A stretch of 63,843 nucleotides of DNA, counting the filler, from Fonticula-like sp. SCN 57-25 (Eukaryota): NCBI GenBank assembly GCA_001724245.1. It is 5 parts of 5 records of this genome, joined end to end, with 100 filler letters (N's around TTAATTAATTAA, not from the genome) between each part and the next. Parts side by side here need not be neighbours in the genome. Positions count along the whole stretch, not along the records: positions 26,119 to 38,745 come from MEDX01000185.1; positions 38,846 to 51,472 come from MEDX01000186.1; 3 more parts are not named here. One strand, given 5' to 3'. The notes under the pieces were generated by a model. It was not told where the DNA came from and did not search any database. It saw only the letters and a program-made list of their open reading frames with translations. Below are positions 36,702 through 48,377 of the stretch, piece after piece. The position numbers were made by a program, and so were the translations under genes. Each line of letters opens with the position of its first letter. The first letter of the stretch is position 1.

Positions 36702-38745
36702 CTAGCTTCTCGAGGCGGTCTCTCCCGATGAGGACGCTTGACCCGCCGGGAGCTGCTGCGCCGCAGACATGTATAGAGGAGGCTGCGCCTGCGACGCCCA
36801 CGGGTCCACGGCGGGTGCAGCCATAAGCGCCGCCGCACTAGAGCACTCGTCTGTTCCACTGCGCGAATCCTCCACCAGTCCCTTTTCATCGACACGCTTG
36901 TCCACGCCGCGGCCTTCCTTGCCGGCATCACTGCCGCCTGCCTGACCGTGAGCAATGGAAAAGTATGCGGGGGGCAGGTCCTGCTCGTCCTGGGCCTGTC
37001 CGCCTGGCATATCGGATGGGCCCCACGCGTAGGGGGAGACATTGGGCGCCGAAGCAGCCGGAGACTTTTTCGAAGCGCCCATAGAGCCACCCGAATTGCT
37101 GTCGTCGTCTCCCGATTCGGGTCCGTCGCTTCCGTCGTCCAACGTTTGCTTTTTCCGCAACACAACGGGTAAGAAAGGGGAAATCATAGAGGAGAAAGCA
37201 GCGCACCAGTGCAATCGCGCTCTCCCTGTATCCCGCCTTAGATACGCCATCCATGCGGTTGCGGCGGCGCAGACACATATATAGCGCGACGATAATTATG
37301 ATGACGAGGAAGAAAACGCCCACAACGATGCCGATAATCAAACCAATCGGCGGTACTTCTTCCTCGCTACCGCCGTCGTCTAGCAAACAATGTGAGCGCC
37401 CAAATTATGTGAGCGATATTCAAGCCGTACCGCCTTCACCATCATCCTCACCGCCTTCATCCTCGTTGTCATCGTCCTCTGCCGAGGCTGTGCGCGCCGT
37501 CAGGCGCACACCCACCTGCTCCGTCTCGCCATCGCGGCCCGCAAGAAGGAGCAGTTCGTACGCCTTTGAAGTTTCAAGTCCGGTTACCGTCGCATCGGTC
37601 AACGCTACGCTGGTGTTAACAAAAGATAAAACCTCGCCGTGCGTACCACTTCCGAGCTGGCTGAACAGAGTAAAGCCATCCGACACTGAGCGGGTCGCCA
37701 CAAGCTTGCGGTACCAGAGCTCGTAGTACGCGCCCTGGGGCGACGCCGCCCAGCTGACGCGCAGCGAATTGTGCGTCCCTTCCTCTAGTTGGAACGAAGC
37801 CGCCGCTGAAAACACAAAAAATGAGCACAAAAGAAAATCATGAAATGCCGTACGGGGAATGTAGGTCTTGGTTTCCAGCAGAAGGGCGGCCGAGTCCGAG
37901 TAGCCGTTGTCACTGATTGACACACGGAACTGATACGCGGTATTGGAATCGAGGCCGACAACAATCACATGCTGCTCAGTGATATTCGAGGCGGCTAAAC
38001 ATGCCGTGAGACACGCCAATAAAGCACAGTTAGCGCGCACCGCCAGAGTTGGCTACAACAAACAACCCCGACACTGTCGCCGCCACTTCTACGAGGAACT
38101 TTGTGCCCTCCGTGGCATTTGCCGTGTCCCATGCGAGCGAAACCGACTCTGACGTCTTGCTTGTCCAACGAAAGTTTTCCAGCACACCACCGACAACAGG
38201 GACTACACAAAGCACGTTAAAAACAGCAAATAAAACAAGAGAGCAGCGCCGCACTAAAGGTACAAGGCCGAGAGTAGGTGGCCTCCCACGTGCCGTTCGT
38301 GTGGCAGTGGCGGATCGGCGGGCCCTCGGGGGCAGCCTCGTAGCCAGTGGCACAGATTCCTTCGACGCTGTCACCGGGTGACGCGGGCGGGAAGAATGTC
38401 GTGCCGACAGTGCTGCTTTGGCAGATACTGTACCTAATCGTGCATGGATCGCGAATGACGGGACTCCAGGCACCCGAGGCGAGACACTGACGACGAGGCG
38501 TTCCGTGGTAGCCGTCCAAGCACAGGCCAATAGTCTCGGCTCCAGCTGTCGTGGCAGTCCATTGAGCGTTTCCCGTATATTCCGCGGGGCAAAGCCGCGG
38601 AGCACAGGGATTCGCGATACCACCCCAGTTGCCATCGTTGGCGCAAGGCCGTGATGGCGAACCAAAGTAGCCTGACCCGCACTGGCCTGTGGCGGTCGAC
38701 ATCGCCGGCGTCGCGGGCCATTGCACATGGCCGTCTACCACGGCC
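36702..38745 (-). CDS. Paralog of the HRM-repeat/FN3 receptor, 3' part (5' end lost in gap)
   Basis: Colinear with 28839-30955: last three repeats, FN3 domains, TM, LPPAYFSI tail. Similar intron positions and open frames. Confidence 0.85.
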
Positions 38746-38845
38746 NNNNNNNNNNNNNNNNNNNNNNNNNNNNNNNNNNNNNNNNNNNNTTAATTAATTA
38801 ANNNNNNNNNNNNNNNNNNNNNNNNNNNNNNNNNNNNNNNNNNNN
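38746..38845. other. Artificial contig linker
   Basis: N-TTAATTAATTAA-N spacer. Confidence 0.97.
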
Positions 38846-38866
38846 GAATGAAACACAGCAGCAAAT

Positions 38867-40192
38867 TTATTGAGAGTCGTGATACATTGGTGGTGTCGGG
38901 ATCCCATTGTCCGATGGCAGCCACAGTGCCTAGATATACGTCAGCAAACCAAATCTGAACACGGGCGATGCGTACCGTTTCCGCCGCGACGGACGCAAAC
39001 AGGCTCAGCCTCGGGTTGAACCTGACCGCCGTGCACGCGTCCTTGTGCCCCGAGTGTGTAACCACGTGGGCGCCCGTCGTGGCATCCCATACGTGCACAT
39101 TGCCGTCCTCTGACCCGCCGACGACAAACTTGCTGTCGGGCGTGAACGATGCCTCGATCGAGCCGCCGCTGTTGACAAAGCCCGTGAGCCTGTGCATGAC
39201 GGTGCCGTGGTACGCTGCGGCGCGCATGGCGTTAGTCATTAAACCTTGAAAAAAGCGGCAAAAATGGTCCAACAAATGGCGCACCATCGAGGATGTAGTG
39301 CACGTCTATGCTCGTGCAGACGAGCATCAGCAGCCCATCGTTTGAAAACTTGATGTGCGTAAAGCGCGTCCCCGGCCTGTGCAGCGGCTCGAGGTCCCTA
39401 AAGAGCGCGAACGGCCCCTTGTCGTACTCGCGCTGATCGTACATGCGCAGCGTCTTGCCGTCCACGCCGACCGCAAACACGACGCCGGTGGGATCGTACG
39501 ACACGCACGGCGAGCGCTGCCCAGACATGCGGCCCTGGCAGGTGGAAGAGCGAATGTCCCACAACCGGACAGAGTCGTCCGACGCGCCGGATAGAAAAAT
39601 GTCCTTGACGGGATTCACCTCGAGCGATGTCACGCTGAGACGGCATCAGCCTCAGCAGACAAGGAAATGGAATGCGATGCGTACCGCGCAGTGTGGCCCT
39701 TGAAATAGCGTACGTAAGAGTTGTCGTGCAGGGAAAGGAAGCGGATTCCGTCTGTAAAGTGGTCAGTGATCGCGGTCAGTGGTCGCAAACAAGCGCACCA
39801 TCGACCTTGGTGGAAGTGTGCAGGACGTGGTTGCCGTGATGAACAAAGCGCGCGAGATCCGCGCCGTATTTCTTGCTCGGACACGTCTGACGGTGCCTAA
39901 AGAGTGGTATGTTTAGCGACATTCAATATGTACATATAAACGCAAGGAAAACGTACCGTCCTGTCTCGCAGTCGTACAGGTTTAGAATGTCATCCTCGCC
40001 GGCCGTGATGCACAGCCGACCCGTATGGTCAAAATCAATTGATGTTACTGTCGAGCGATGCTCGCGAAAAACCTTATCAACAAATAATTAGCATCGCATA
40101 TTGCGCCTCTGGCAGGCCGCGCGCACCTTGGCGACCTTGAACGACTTCATAACATCGCTCGTGAGCGCCACCGGCACCGCCTCGGCCTCCAT
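38867..40192 (-). CDS. WDR82: WDR82/Swd2 (COMPASS subunit)
   Basis: VMKSFKVAK, SKKYG, IRFLSLHDNSYVRYFKGH, DSVRLWDIR, YDKGPF, IKFSNDG, EASFTPDSKFVVGGSEDG. Confidence 0.93.
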
Positions 40193-40278
40193 CGCGGCAG
40201 CGTCAATCACCAACACGCCTGTCACAAGCCTGTGGACCAATAGGATTGTTTGGCGGCAACCGCAGCGGCGCAACGGGC

Positions 40279-41544
40279 ATGTCGGTGATTAGCACGTCGA
40301 AAGAGTTCCTGGCCTTTCGCCGGAACGTCTCTTTGCAGCGCGTACGCCATATTCGTTTGTCTATTGTTGCTTATATTATGTGGAATTAAGCGCACGGTGG
40401 ACAATGGCGAAGGAAATCGCGTGTGGCGCTTTTACGACTATGGACCCAAGACGATCAAGTGCCCCATTGTAATGTTCCCGCAGGTGGGCGGCACCGCCGA
40501 GACGTTCTTCCGCCAGATCATGGGCCTTGGCGCCCTTGGCTACCGCGTCATTGCTGTACGTCGGTGTTTACTCGCCGCTTGCCCTACTGATGCTAGCGTA
40601 GGTCGACTATGCGCCGTATGCCACGTACAAGGGATTCGTTGACGGCTTCACCAAGCTGCTCGACACGCTCGGCCTCGACAAGGTACAAAACTCTTTTCTA
40701 TATCATTTTTAATTATATTATTATTAATTTTTGTTCATTTCCGCCTTTCAGGTTCACATTTTCGGCACCGCTTTCGGCGGATTCCTCGCACAGATGTACG
40801 CCAAGAATCGCCCCCGCCGCGTCGAGTCCTTGATCCTCTGCAACAGCTACTGCGACTCTACCTCATTCAGCGTCAACGTCCCTCTCTTTGGAATGTACGC
40901 CATATATATTTGTCTATTTAACTGCCTTTCTTTGCGCATCTGACGGTACACAATCGCCAGGTTTAATATGGCGCCCGAGTTCATGCTCAAGCGGATCCTC
41001 CTGAGCAACTTTCCCCAGGGCGATCTCCCGCCGCACATCGCCGACTCTGTCGACTTTGTCGTCGAGCAGCTCGAGACTATGGACCACGCGTCGCTGTCGT
41101 CGCGGCTGACGCTGAACGCACAGGGCGCGGCGATCACGGCGCCCGCGATCGAGGGGCCCAACCGCGTCACCATCATCGAGGTACGGCATCTCGACCTTTT
41201 GTGTTATATATGGCGTAATATGGCGCTCACGTGACTGTGTAGACGAATGACGAGTGCGCCATTTCGCCGGCGCTGCGGGACTCGCTGCGGGAGACGTACA
41301 AGGAGGCGCGCGTGGTGGAGCTCAAGACGGGCGGAAACTTTCCGCACTTGGCGGTGAGCGATGAAATCAACATGTATATCAAGGTACGTACATTAATTTG
41401 ATTATATTTTGTTATGTTTTATATTTGATATTGTGTTTTGGTGGCTGACATTGGATGTAGCTGCACTGCAGGCCGTTTTTGGATACGCCGTCGTCGCCGC
41501 AATATGTAGAGTCGGCGACTGGGGAGGCGACCGCGTCGGCATAG
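40279..41544 (+). CDS. SPG21: Maspardin (alpha/beta-hydrolase fold)
   Basis: WRFYDYGPKTIKCP, VGGTAETFFRQ, VHIFGTAFGGFLAQ, SLILCNS, LSSRLTLN, LKTGGNFPHL..SDEINMYI. Confidence 0.92.
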
Positions 41545-42079
41545 AAGAGTGTGGAGGTATAGAAAAGTGTCTGTTTTTTTATTAATTTTGATTTGTTGTT
41601 GTCAATTATTCATTATAAAATTGAAGTTCTGTTTCTCATGGGAATACCCGGTATACGTACATGGACGATGCTCGAGTGATGTTAAGTGTAGATGAGGCGA
41701 TCTGTACGTCAGCATACATTAGCGCATGCCGAATGCACACATTATGTTCCTGGCCACGTTCAAGACTTTGCTGTTAGCAGGGGCATTGTATTCCACATGT
41801 TGGCATGCCCATCAGACCCCAACCGAATCAGCAAGGCAGATAGATGAGATCGAATGAGCTTGGATGCGCCACAAAGTGTATCAAAAGAAAGAGAAAACGT
41901 CAACAAGCGTAAATGTTTCCGTTTTACTTCAAAAACTGAATGCCCCCGCACGTATCGGCGCCACTGCCACTGCGTTCCCGCCGCCGTGTCTGCCACTGTC
42001 ATCGCCAATCCTGGACCAATCAAAAGCGCCCGTGACTTTGCACGGCGGGTTGGCAATTCAATTGCGGCAGACAACAACA

Positions 42080-43821
42080 ATGTCGAGCGCTGTGCCGGTG
42101 AGTGCTCTGCCGCCTGCGGTGCGGCCTCGCGGACGCCCGCCAGCGATGCCTGCGGCGAACAATGTTCAGCCGCCGTATGCTCATCGTACGCGATCGCGCG
42201 ATTGTTTGTGTGCGATCTCTAATGTCGGCATGCAGTGGTGCAGGTGCCGATGGCGCCGGTGGTTCAGCAACCAAAGTTCACGATCGCGCGGAGGCCGCGC
42301 CCGCAGCAGCCGCAGCAGGCCCGTGCGCCGGCCGCTGCACCGCCTGCCTCGATGTCGGCTGCTGAAATGGACGCGTACTTGTCGAGCATCGTTGAAAAGT
42401 CGCTCCCGACATCGCCGATCGCCGATGAGCAGCGGGAGGCGACCGTGGCGCGCATCCGCGCCGCCGCCGCTCATATATGGCCAGAGTCGGAGGTGCACGT
42501 CTATGGCTCAATGTCGAACGGTCTGCAGCTCCGGCAGGCGGACGTTGACGTGTGCCTGCTCACGCACCCGAGTCGCATCGCGATGCCGCGGGATCGCGAG
42601 CTGGCCGCCGATGCCGTCAAGCGCCTCGCCGAACAAATGAGAAATGGTGCGCATATTTGTCTTATTTAAGGTTTTAAGCTAAACTGCGAATGTAGACGGC
42701 GGGCCGCCGCTCAACCTGGAGGCGGTCACGCAGACGCGCGTACCCGTCCTCAAGTTTACCGACCCCTCATCGTGCGCAGTACCTCGATCTGCACCTGCCT
42801 ACTGACACTGCTGTGCAGCGGCGTCTCGTATGACGTGACAATTGACAACATGCTCGGCGTCTACAATTCAAAGCTTTTGCATGCGTACTGCGCGCTGGAC
42901 CCGCGCGTTCGGCCGCTGATCGTCCTCGTGAAGCGGTGGGCAAAGCTGCGCAATCTAAACAATACACGCACTTTTACGCTTTCAAGGTGCGTATTTTCTA
43001 TTTAAACGATTAAATGTCTAATATTATTACTTGTGTAGCTACGCGTGGGTGCTCATGGTTATCTTTTTCCTTCAGCGGCGCGGGTTCCTCCCGAACCTTC
43101 AGCAGATGCACGCCGAGGGTAAAGAGTGCACGCCGCGCATGACCCACGGCTTTAATACATACTTTTTCGAGGGCGACGTAAAGAGCTTGTACGCGCAACT
43201 CCTCTTTTTATATTGCTTTTTATCGCTTTTTTCGTTGCTAAGTGACTTTTTTTGACGTATTTTATCTGCACAGACCGCCAGAGCTCATTGTGAACAATGG
43301 GCACATTGTCGAACTGGGCGCCAACCCGGCCAGTCTTTCGGCGCTTTTCGCCGGTTTTATGGAATACTACGCCGACAACTTTGACTATGAACACTATAGC
43401 GTGTGCCCTCGCTTGGGCGTGCCGCTCTCGCGCCTTGCCAACGGGTGGGACGAGCAGGTGCGCCTCGCTATTTTTCCCGCCAATTTTTGCTGATCAAAAT
43501 TCTAGTCGGCAAAGCGGCACGGCGCCGAGACGCGCCGGTTGATAGCAGAGCGCAAGGAGGCGCGGGAATACGGCGCTTTTGAGGGCGCTGAAGAGCTGCC
43601 GTTCATCGATGGCGGCCGTTTCTTCTTCTGCATCGAGGATCCGTTTGACGTGACGCACAATGTGGGACGTCCGATCTCGACGAGAACGTACGTTTAGAAG
43701 ACCTCTTTTTCGGTCGCTTTTTGTGCTAAATTGGTGTTGTAGGTTGAGCCGCATCATGAATGAACTGGGCGCTGCCTCGCGCAAAATGAAGATGGGGCTT
43801 CCCGACACGATCTTTCGCTGA
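42080..43821 (+). CDS. Cid1/TUT-type terminal uridylyltransferase
   Basis: VYGSMSNG..ADVDVC, TRVPVLKF, YDVTIDN..GVYNSKLL, VKRWAK, IEDPFDVTHNVGR. Confidence 0.88.
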
Positions 43822-43848
43822 ACCCACACTATCCCTTTTGAAACAATA

Positions 43849-43885
43849 AATCAGAGAAAATCAGAACAAATCAGAACAAATCAGA
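43849..43885. repeat. Short tandem repeat (AAATCAGAAC)x3-4 in TUTase-LSM7 spacer
   Basis: aaatcagagaaaatcagaacaaatcagaacaaatcagac. Confidence 0.75.
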
Positions 43886-43902
43886 CGTGGTGTGCAGTTG
43901 AG

Positions 43903-44502
43903 ATGGTGCGCGCCGAAAGCATGAGCACGATGAGAGGAAAGGGTTGGCTGACACGGCGCTCGCTTTGTAGGGGGACAGGTCGAACCAGGGGCCCCGCAAA
44001 GGGCAGGGCGAGCAGCAGGAGGGCCAGCGTGAGCGCAAGGCGCCCATCATGGACTTTACCCAGTTCCTCGACAAGCGCGTCCGCATCAAGTTTACCGGCG
44101 GCCGCGAAGGTTCGTCTGCCCTTTCTCTGCCCTTTTTTGCGCTTTTAAAGTGTTCCGTTTTTACCGCGTGGCCCTAAAGTCTACTTTTGCCTATACTAAC
44201 GCCTTGGTTTTCCCTTTCCAGTGTCTGGCACGTTGAAAGGCGCCGATCAGCTCATGAACTTTGTCATTGACGATGCGGTGGAATATCTTCGCGGTACGCT
44301 CGCGCATCCCCTCTTTTCTGTTATGAAGCGCATTGACTGACGCCGCGGCGCCTCCTCTACAGACCCCAAGGACAGCAGCGTCGTCACGGACCAGACGCGG
44401 AATCTCGGCCTCGTCATCACCCGCGGAACTGCGCTCGCGCTCATCTGCCCCGAGGTCGGCATGGAGGAGCTCGCGCACAACCCTTACGAGCAGCAGAGCT
44501 AA
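43903..44502 (+). CDS. LSM7: U6 snRNA-associated Sm-like protein LSm7
   Basis: ATG|intron|...IMDFTQFLDKRVRIKFTGGRE|VSGTLKGADQLMNFVIDDAVEYLR|..TRNLGLVITRG..LICP..GMEELAHNPY. Confidence 0.92.
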
Positions 44503-44962
44503 GTGTATAATTTGCATTTTGAAATTGAATGGAAGCCGACTTGTATTTGCAGCGAGCAGGGGGTGGTTTGCACGCGGGGGGGGGATGGAAGATCGGGCTC
44601 ATGCGTGTAAGGGGAGCGCAGCTCACTTTGAAGGGAATGGCGCAGTATATTTGATTTGCTTTTTTGAATATGTTGTTAGGTGGATAGAACAGAAAACAGC
44701 TGTAAAAGCTAGCTATTCACACACACACCGTTGGCAAACTGTCGGCCAAATCCCTTGTGCTCTCTACTGGCAAAGAGACCAAAGGTCCATTCTCTTCTAT
44801 ACAGCACCACATACTTATTTTTGTATTATATATCATTATCTGTGCTTAAATGCAATGTGCAGTGCTTGTGCAGCGGCGTAGAACGCATTTTATTGTTCTG
44901 TTGTGGGGCCAATCCGGGGCTAGTCTGGGGTGAACATTGGTGAACATCAAAACCTTCAAAAC

Positions 44963-45029
44963 TCGCATGCGATTTAGATGGGATTTCAAGAAACCCGCAT
45001 GCGATTCCACCAAAATCGCATGTGATTTT
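44963..45029. promoter_or_regulatory. Three copies of palindromic (AAAA)TCGCATGCGA(TTTT) motif upstream of ACADVL
   Basis: Copies at 44963, 44995 and 45012. A perfect 18-bp version lies at 51732-51749. Confidence 0.5.
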
Positions 45030-45100
45030 CACCAACAACGTGAAACTTGAAGCCCGCTTTTGACTCGTGTTCCGAACACTTTTTTGCCTCGACTGAAGTC

Positions 45101-48100
45101 ATGCTGCGTTCGGCTGCTTCGCGTGTGCTCCGCCAGGGCGCCACTGCGCGCCATGTCACTGCTTCCCGCATGTTCACCGTCACGGCCCCCCGTGCGATGG
45201 CTGCCGCCTCCTCCGAGTGCGCACCCATTCCCTCATGGTCGATTTCCCTTGATGACTAACCCTCTTGCTCGCGTGTCTTTTTCCTTCCTCAGGATGGCCA
45301 GCAGCAACTCGTTCATGCGCGGCCTGTACGCCGGCCAGATGAACCCCGAGCAGATCTTCCCCTACCCCGATGTCCTCTCGAAGGACTCGAAGGAGGAGCT
45401 CTCTGCCATGGTCGACCCGATCCAGCAGTTCCTCACTGACGTGAACAACCCCGCCAAGAACGACGAGACCTCCTCTGTCCCCCAGGAAGTCACCGACGGC
45501 CTGCGCACGCTCGGCCTCTTTGGCCTGCAGGTCCCGCAGGAGCTCGAAGGCCTCGGCCTCACCAACACCGGCTACGCCCGCCTCGTCGAGCTTGTCGGCG
45601 AGGAGGATCTCGGCCTCGGCATCTACCTCGGCGCGCATCAGTCGATCGGCTTCAAGGGCATCCTGCTCGTCGGCACCGAGGAGCAGCGCACCAAGTACCT
45701 CCCCCGCCTTGCCTCTGGCGAGGACATCGCCGCCTTTTGCCTCACCGAGCCCAGCTCTGGCTCTGATGCCAACTCGATCAAGACGCGCGCCACGCTGAGC
45801 GCCGACGGCAAGCACTTTATCCTCAACGGCAGCAAGATCTGGATCTCGAACGGCGGCATCGCCCGCATCTTCACCGTCTTTGCGCAGACCGAGGTGATCG
45901 ACCCCAAGACGGGCGAGAAGAAGGACAAGGTCACCGCCTTTGTCGTCGAGCGCGACTTTGGCGGCATCACCAGCGGCGCGCCCGAAAAAAAGATGGGCAT
46001 TCGCTGCTCCAACACGACCACGCTCTCGTTCGACAACACAAAGGTGCCCGTCGAGAACGTGCTCGGGACGGTCGGCGGCGGGTTCAAGGTGGCGATGGCG
46101 ATCTTGAACAATGGCCGCTTTGGTATGGGTGCGGCGCTGACGGGTACCATGAAGAAGGTCATGGCGCTCGCGTCCGAGCACGCCAACTCGTACGTAGTGG
46201 AAATTTGGAAATTGGGAATATGATGGAAATGGGATGAAATGGGTGGTAATTGTGTCGTTTTTTATGCTTTTGGATGCTTTTGGATGCAATTTAGTGCATT
46301 TTTGTGCATTTTTGTTGATTTTAGAGTTAATTTTTAGAGTGTGTTTTGTGACACTTTGTGTTACTTTTCGCCTCTTTTTTGCCTCTTTTTTGTCACTTTT
46401 TGCCACTTTAACTCTTCTTTTCCACCCTTATCCATTTCTTGCTGACCCTTTCCCTTTCCCTTTCTCTTCCTCCAGGCGCGTTCAGTTTGGCAGCAAGATC
46501 AAGGACTATGGCCTCATCCAGGAAAAGTTTGCCCGCATGGCCATCAAGTGCTACGCCGCCGAGTCGATGGCGTACCTCGTGAGCTCCAACATGGACCGCG
46601 GCGCCCCCGAGTTCCAGATCGAGGCCGCCATCTCCAAGGTGTTTGCGTCCGAGGCCGCGTGGTGGGTGACGGATGAGTGCATCCAGGTGATGGGTGGTCT
46701 CGGTTTCATGAAGGGTACGTTGATGAGTATTGGATTGGATGGGTGAAAGGGAAATATGGGTTAAAGTGGATTAATGTGTGTTAATGTGGGTTAATGTATA
46801 TAAGTGTGTGGTAATGTGTGTGTTAATGTGTACTTGTTTATGATGTGTTCATGTGTTTAATGTGTGTACATGAGTGTTAATGTCAACTTTTTTATGTGTT
46901 GTTTGGATGTCAAAAGTGGTCATTTGGCACCTAAAAGTACACTTGTAATGTCTTTTTGTGCACTTTTCATGTCTTATTCTATACTTTTGGTACCTTCTCC
47001 TTCTCTTTCCACCCTCCTCTTTCCACCCACTTCCTAACTCTTCTTCTTAGACCTCCCCTTTGAGCGCTTCCTCCGCGACCTGCGCATCTTCCGCATCTTT
47101 GAAGGCACCAACGACATTCTCCGCATCTTCATCGCCCTCGAAGGCATCCGCGGCGCCTCCGCCAACCTCCAGTCCCTCCAGCAGGCCCTGAAAGCCCCCC
47201 TCAACCACGTGGACAGCCTGCTTGACTTTGGCGTTCGCCGCACGCGCAACGTGCTCGGCATCCGCCCCGGCTCGTCCGGCGACCTCGACACCTTTGTCCA
47301 TCCTGACTTGAAGCCCGCCGCGCGCGCCATTGAAGCGTCGGCGGCCGACTTTGGCGAGGCCGTTGAGGCTGTTTTGCTGACTCACGGTAAGGGCATTATC
47401 AACAATCAGCTGGTGCTGAAGCGGATTGCCGAGAGTGCGATGAACATTTTCGCGATGGCGGCGGTGACGTCGAGGGCGACGAGGGCGCTGGAGGGGAAGA
47501 GTGAGACGGCGCAGCACGAGTTGCTGTTGGCGTCGGGTACGCGAGAGGAAGGGGAGGGAAGGGGAAGAGAGTGGGAATGGGGGTGGAAATGGGGGTTTTG
47601 GGGGGGTGTTTCTTGGTTTTAGTGTGATTTTGGTATGATTTTAGTGTGATTTTAGTGTGATATTTGTGTGGTTTAGTGTCACTTTACTATGATTTTAGTA
47701 TGGTTTAGTGTCACTTTAGTGTGATTTTAGTGTCACTTTAGTGTCACTGTAGTGTGACATTTTTATGGTTGAGTGTCACTTTAGTGTGATTTTGGTATGG
47801 TTTATGTGTCACTTTAGTGTGATTTTGGTATGGTTTAGTGTCACTTTAGTGTCACTCTAGTGTGATTTTGATGTTTACCATGATGTTTCTTCTGGTTTTT
47901 TCCTCACTTTCCTCACTCTCCCATCTTCTTAACTAACACTATTCCTTTCCAGCCTTCTGCCAGGAGGCCAGCGAGGACGTCAAGCGCCAGCTCGCCGAGG
48001 CCCGCGCCCCCCGCTCGACCATCGACAGCAAGCTCGGCCAGATCGCCGCGGGTGTCTTTGAGAAGCAGGGCTACGTGGCCACTCACCCGCTCGGCTTTTA

Positions 48101-48101
48101 A
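45101..48101 (+). CDS. ACADVL: Very-long-chain acyl-CoA dehydrogenase (VLCAD/ACAD9 family), mitochondrial
   Basis: [74 protein letters not shown]-terminal HPLGF. Confidence 0.93.
47615..47875. repeat. Intronic minisatellite (TTTAGTGTCAC / TTTAGTGTGAT units)
   Basis: Many 11-12-nt degenerate units in the last ACADVL intron. Confidence 0.85.
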
Positions 48102-48377
48102 GCTAGTGATCAATTGAATAAAAATGAACCATGAAAATGCCTTTTTAATAAGGAAAGTGGGCATATAGAGTACATACAGTACATCATGCCATATGGAATA
48201 TGTCATGAAAAACAGTATAGATTCATGATATGAATCAAGTCATATTCACAATTTGTTACACTTTTCAATGATATTGTCATGACAATAAGTGTGATGAAAT
48301 GCCATGAAAATTCACCTTTTATGCACCATTTTGCTTGTTTTATTCATACAAAAATTCTATACACTTTTCACTCTTCT

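Noticed and set aside
2962-46406. Long antisense or overlapping ORFs (e.g. 2962-3930, 4746-5726, 17398-18327, 21410-22831, 45180-46406)
   Set aside because: Shadows of GC3-rich genes on the opposite strand with no independent motifs.
47615-47875. Repeat array as possible CRISPR or telomere
   Set aside because: Degenerate contiguous units without unique spacers, inside a spliceosomal intron, and not a uniform telomeric unit.
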